Position numbers and translations under genes: made by a program. The notes below the pieces were generated by a model. That model was given only the letters and a program-made list of their open reading frames with translations, was not told the origin of the DNA and searched no databases. A DNA stretch of 63,327 nt, the filler included, from Vannella sp. (Eukaryota), in the NCBI GenBank assembly GCA_023345925.1. It is 8 parts of 8 records of this genome, joined end to end, with 100 filler letters (N's around TTAATTAATTAA, not from the genome) between each part and the next. Parts side by side here need not be neighbours in the genome. Positions count along the whole stretch, not along the records: positions 54,122 to 63,327 come from JAJQQN010000654.1; 7 more parts are not named here. The stretch is one strand, 5' to 3'. Positions 58,369 to 63,327 of this stretch are shown here, piece by piece; the stretch's first letter is position 1, and each line of letters begins with the position of its first letter.

Positions 58369-60737
58369 TCAGTGTTCTGGCGCGGTTGGGTTTCTTGCTT
58401 GAGGACCAACTGGGATGGTCTTGGATGCTCGGTGCGCCTGAGAGCGTCCGGAATCTGGGGCTGGCGTTTCATCAACGGGATCCAGCAAGCCATTCTCTCG
58501 GAGCATTTCATCTTGCTTCCACTTGGGGAGGAGAATGAAGATGTCCTTCGATACTTTGAAGGCGTTCTCAAAGTCTTTGTCTTTGAGAGTGCCGGACTTC
58601 TTCTTTCTCGTTGCCAATCGTGCTTTGGGTCGGACTAGCTTGCTTGCTGAAGGACTGGAAACTATGACCGGGGGGACAGTAGCAGTATCTAGGTTCTTCT
58701 TGGTCGTCTTCTTTCTTAAGCGAGCAGCCTTAGGAGATTCAGTGGGAGAGCCTCCTCCTGTATCGCATTTGAGTTGCCCTTGAAGGTCAAAAAGAAAGTG
58801 TCTTGGCAGCATTCCAAAGCGTCCACCTGATTCACTGAAGCACTCGTCCTGGGATTGTGTGATAATAACAATGATAGAGCTCTCTTGCACGTCCAATTCA
58901 CCAGGCTTCTTGGCCATATAAGGTGTCAGACTACGGACAAGCTGAATGGGCTGACAGGGAATGAAAAGCTTGTCCAAGGAGGCGACCATATGCTTCGTAC
59001 ATTTGATAATGTACTTTGTGTAGTGCATGAAGCTTTTGTAGACGTCAGTCTCTCGCTTCTCATTCTGCAATAAGAGAGGCCCGAAGACAATCCCCAGATT
59101 CTTTGGGCCCATCCGGTTGTGTTCCCGCTGGTCCGCCACTTTCCGCAGGAAACCGAGAACAAATTGTGCTAAGGCACGCCGTGTTTCTGGCACAGTTGCC
59201 AGTAGAGCATTGTAATAAGCATTACGAAGCTCCTCGTCTTCCAAACACACCGCTGCCAGAAAGCGCGGGTATAATTTGAACGTCAAAATCGGTTGGGGAA
59301 GAAGCTGGAAGTACAATTTGAGTACATTCGCTACTTCATGGATGCTGTACTTTGTTAAATCAGGGACTTCTCCTGCATAGGCCGTGAGTGCGTTGTACTA
59401 GAACCTTCAGAGACCTACCGCTGTCGATTTGATTGATCATACTGACTATGTTCGTCTGTGCACCGCAAAGGCGGAAGATTCCCTCCGCTTTTAGGGCTCC
59501 TGAGCTGTCCAAGTACTCTGTCATCTGCACAAGAAAGCGAGGAACAGAGCCAATCTCTTGAGCGCGAGCCATAATCACTTCATAACGCAGTCCAAACACC
59601 CGAACTCCGTCATCATCTGCAAGGAGGCCCTGAAGATGGACGGGTACATGCGTCATATCCTGTGGCATCTCTTGCTTGGGTGTGGAGAAAGGAAGGCGGA
59701 TGTTGTCGTTGCGGATGGAAAGGAAGCTGCGGCTTCGCACTTTCATCTTGCCCTCTAGTTCATCTCGAACTGGCTCTATCCGGAACTCCTCCTCAACCTT
59801 AGGAGGGATCGCAGTGCCTGCACTGCTGGGAGTGGCTGGTGGTGGAGCAGACTTGGGCAAAAGACGCCCAACTTCAGGTGACCGTGAGGCGGTCTCAGCC
59901 TTTCCCACCTCTAGAAGAGATTCTTCCCTCCCTGGAGAGTCTGTCTGAGAAGTAGGAGGTCCCCGTACTGACTCATCGTCGTCGTTCCTCTTGGTGAACG
60001 ACAAACTGTCCCGTGCAGACGATCAGAGCCTGTTCGCGAAGAAAGGAGGGAGCTACGCACCTCTTTGGCTTGGGAGCTTTGGGTATCAAGTCGTTAGTAG
60101 GTGAGGGCATGCAAGCGAGCAAGGGGGACGCGTCGTTGGTGAGAAAGAAGGTCGGGATCCCTCCCGAGTCATCAAGAAGCCGTGCAGAGGACTTGAGCTT
60201 GTGAATCTGGCTGCTTTTCAGGACCTCAGGTCCAAAGAGACTGTCTGAACCATGTGTTGGCAAGGGGAAGTGCGTAGCACTCCCTGTAGAGAAGACTTTC
60301 TCGTCTCCGTCGACCCACTCGTTGCGCGCAAGGGCGTAGTGGATCAAAGGAACGCTATCCTCAACAGTAACATCACTGTCAACATAGCACTGCTTGTGGA
60401 AGAGCACGTTGATGAGACGTGGCTTCGCCTTGAACAAAAGAACAGCATCAGGGCTGGAGATGTCATATGCGGTTAACAGGCTCCCTTCCGAGAGGATCTG
60501 CTCACGTCCACGACAGGAGAGGAACAGAGCTCCTTGGGGATGATCCAAAGGAGCCCTCGCTTGCACCAGAGGAAGGAACTCAGCGACAGTAAGCGAATAC
60601 CAGCGGGCACGGGGGATATCGAAGAACGCCTCCTTCTTCGTCGCCACAAACGCCACTCGCACGCGATTCCCTTTCGTAGGATCACCACGAACACCGTCTT
60701 GGGTGGCTTCCAGCATTTGGACGAGACTCTCCGCCAT
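58369..60737 (-). CDS. RhoGAP with N-terminal ubiquitin/FERM-like region, SH3 and villin headpiece-like domain, 2 introns
   Basis: AEGIFRLCG, LKLYFQLLPQPILT, NRMGPKNLGIVFGP; SH3 SLTPYMAKKPGELDV...GRFGMLP; HP DKDFENAFKVSKDIFILLPKWKQDEMLRENGL. Confidence 0.85.
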
Positions 60738-61253
60738 CCCTTCCCGCTCCGGCTCCAACCAACTGGCAAGAAGGAGGGGAAATGCCCCTTTTAGTAAAAT
60801 CATAAAACTTTAATCCTTTTTTACTCCTTTATTAAAATCTTTTCAGTTTCCTCACCATGCGTGTTGTTGCTTTGGGAGTGAATTCGCTCTCGCTTTGGGT
60901 CTTACGCACCTGCTGGTATCAATGTACCTACGCTGTTACAAGGGAAAGACTCATCGCGGTCTCCCGGAGGAAGGGAAGCCCGTGGGAGTGATCTTCTGAG
61001 GATTTGAGACCTTTTCAGGAGGAGCCCACTACTGAACCCAGACCTGGTGTTTTGAGAGGCTTCTTAAGCACCTTTGGAGAGCCCACTTCCTCATCCATGA
61101 CGATTGAGATCCTGTAAACGCTGAAAGGCCTTGCTTCTGCCCCTCGAATGTCCCAGTCAGGCTGTTCTCTCGGCATTGCCAGAAACCGGGTCTTTCAGGA
61201 GTAGTCAGAGGTGATGAAAGGATGTATTGACCCAAGAGTCCCTCTACGTGAGC

Positions 61254-61578
61254 TCAAGTGAGGATGAGGTAGAAAGCCATCGATCCACAGCAGATGGAAG
61301 TGAGCCAATGAAGCCGCGTCCCTATCACAGACACTACCGCCCCTTCCTGTGAGAACGAGATACGCGTGGAAGAATAGCAGCCAACTCTTATAAAACGCTC
61401 CCCAGAACCCTTTCTTCTCGCTCAAAAGGAAGGCCCGGATCCGCGGCACCCTTCGCAGGTACGCTGTCGTGCATATCACCAACAACAACACCACCAAGAA
61501 CCCTTCGAAGCTATACGCTGTTTCCACCCATCATTAACGCTCATCAGACTGCTTTCCAACCCGCACACCATTCACCAT
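61254..61578 (-). CDS. TMEM167: Protein kish (TMEM167, kish-B-like), 2 introns
   Basis: [71 protein letters not shown]. Confidence 0.9.
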
Positions 61579-61741
61579 CAGCCAGGAAACTGCAAAAAAA
61601 AAACAGTGATCCGTTCATTTCTCCTTTTTCTTTTTTTTCTTTTTTCCGAAAAAAACTCCACCAAATCCTGTTCCGCCTGCGCAGGAAATCCTCAAGGAGC
61701 TCTGTTCCTCTCCTCTCACCAGGTAGTCCCGGATCGCATCC

Positions 61742-62197
61742 ATGGTTGAACAAGGACTATCTGAGGTCCTAAGTTCCCGTCGTGTTCAAGAAGTCCTATC
61801 CAGTTCAAAGGTTCCCTTTTTTTCTTGGCTGTCCGACGCAGGCCACGCTCTCGCTGTGTCGGATCAAGACGCTAGCGGGATCGCGATTGGAGTTCCAAAA
61901 GAGGAAATTGTTCGATTCCTCGCTCCCACTCCGCTGTTCGATTCCTCGCTCCAGGCCCAGAAGGATAGCATGGATCCATTCACTTACTTCTCTCTGATGC
62001 TAACTGCCTCCATAAACGACTGCTGGACACGGGACTATCGACCAAGTAGCCCCATTTCGATCCCAGGAAGACGTCGAGTTGTCCTAGAGCTTCCAGAATA
62101 CTTTGTCCCTCCTCATCTTCTTTCGTCTCGCGAAACTTCCGAAGAACGAAGTTCACAACGCCTTCTCAACGAGTACAGCCTTTGTAACTCCAAGTAA
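61742..62197 (+). CDS. Unknown 151-aa protein with SxPISIP and FVPPH motifs
   Basis: ATG-initiated intronless ORF; motif pair reminiscent of S40/DUF584-like proteins (weak). Confidence 0.45.
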   Translation: MVEQGLSEVLSSRRVQEVLSSSKVPFFSWLSDAGHALAVSDQDASGIAIGVPKEEIVRFLAPTPLFDSSLQAQKDSMDPFTYFSLMLTASINDCWTRDYRPSSPISIPGRRRVVLELPEYFVPPHLLSSRETSEERSSQRLLNEYSLCNSK

Positions 62198-62319
62198 ACT
62201 TTCTTTCCCTTGAGAACATCCTCTTGAGAAGGTTCCTCCACTCGAGAAGGTTGTTCAGACCCGCTGCCAACTCGACGGGAAACTGACTCTCTCACGGTTA
62301 CAATGGTAGAAATGGCCTA

Positions 62320-62752
62320 CTAGATGGAGAGGCAATGATAGAGCGGGCGAAAGAGCCGAGACTCTCTCTCTACCTGATGAGAACGCTTCGTGCCTGCGCG
62401 AAGGAGAGTCCATACCTTGCTCAAGAAGGATGAGCTACAAGTAAAACAGTTTATGAACAAGAGAAGGGCTGCTTGGTCCCCTTGGAGGAGAGAATCAAAC
62501 ATCTTCGGATTGGGTGCGAATCAGGCCGAGATGGCCAGAACGAACGGGAACTACGCCAAGGGAACGACTTCTCCGGCGAGCAAGCTCCAGTTTCTTTTGT
62601 CTCTGAATCTCAAGGAGCTCTTCGCGAGAGAGCGGATGCTTGCGAAAGTACTCCGAAAAGAATCGTTCCACTTTCTTCGTTGGCTCGCAAACTCCCTTCC
62701 TGGGAGACAGAGGATCCTCTAGCACAGTTGAGATGGTTCTTGTTGTTGCCAT
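62320..62752 (-). CDS. Possible small spliced gene of unknown function
   Basis: MATTRTISTVLEDPLSP... with a plausible 50-nt intron joining to MFDSLLQG; 3' end unresolved. Confidence 0.3.
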
Positions 62753-62965
62753 GAATGACGAGCAGCAAAAAAATGAACTAATCTCACCGTAACTTCCACA
62801 CAGACCGAACCAAAACGGGCTCCGCGGAGCCACCATTCTTTGCTTCCCTTTCCTTATTTGGAATTGTTATCCGAACCGGTGTCACGTGACCCTCTGGTTT
62901 ATCGTTTATTGTTTGGTCTAGTTTGATTGCGTGCGTCGCAAATTACTTCATTTCATTGTTGATCG

Positions 62966-63327
62966 ATGGACGCAACTCGGAAGGCGGGGTGGGTGAGGGG
63001 AAGGAGTGATTCAAAGGGAGGGAGCGCATTCCCACCCAGTTCTAAGCCAGCACCTGTTCAGGTGGTGAGCGAGAGTCCTTTTTGCGAGGACGAAAGATGG
63101 GCGCCCGAGCAGTATGAGAGAAAGCTGCCTTTGGACGAAGAATACGTCTTCCATGCGCTGTTCACCCGCAGCTCAGGCAAGAAAGGCAAAGGTAAGGCCC
63201 TCAACTCTCTCTCTCAGAGTGGTTTAATCATCTCTCTCAGAGAGCCGCGTCCTTCTTCTCACACGAAAGGCGCTCTTCCAGTTCTGCCCTTACGATAACT
63301 CGCTCCTGAGCAAGGCAGACTTACGAG
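62966..63327 (+). CDS. 5' part of an unknown gene
   Basis: ATG preceded by TCATTTCATT; open frame with a GTAAGG donor near 63192. Confidence 0.45.

Overview
This is eukaryotic nuclear DNA, not a prokaryotic window. It consists of 8 unlinked contigs joined by artificial 100-nt spacers (N44-TTAATTAATTAA-N44). The genome is very compact: about 50% GC, intergenic gaps often under 100 nt, many 43-70 nt GT-AG introns, and the standard genetic code. Gene content (LIM, RhoGAP with villin headpiece, TBC RabGAPs, Kelch-BTB, GT77, PPR) suggests an amoeboid protist, probably Amoebozoa; this is an inference. Recognisable genes include Rab2, a Ras-family C-terminus, CKS1, 2-Cys peroxiredoxin, kish/TMEM167, enoyl-CoA hydratase, cytochrome b5 reductase-like, an alpha/beta hydrolase, a TLDc C-terminus, ADP-ribosylglycohydrolase and two PPR proteins. 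Interspersed among them are intronless, partly decayed multicopy genes (RCC1 x2, small ankyrins x3, a kinase, a coiled-coil/SAM gene). The best candidates for something new are: (1) a family of GPS/GAIN-type autoproteolytic surface proteins with only one TM or a GPI-like tail (3 members, one an LRR-GPS-TM pseudogene); (2) a dispersed non-coding repeat/promoter module with 4 partial copies; (3) unusual domain architectures; (4) frequent AAG 3' splice sites. No CRISPR array, rRNA, tRNA or transposase was found. All domain calls come from motif recognition by eye, with no database searches.
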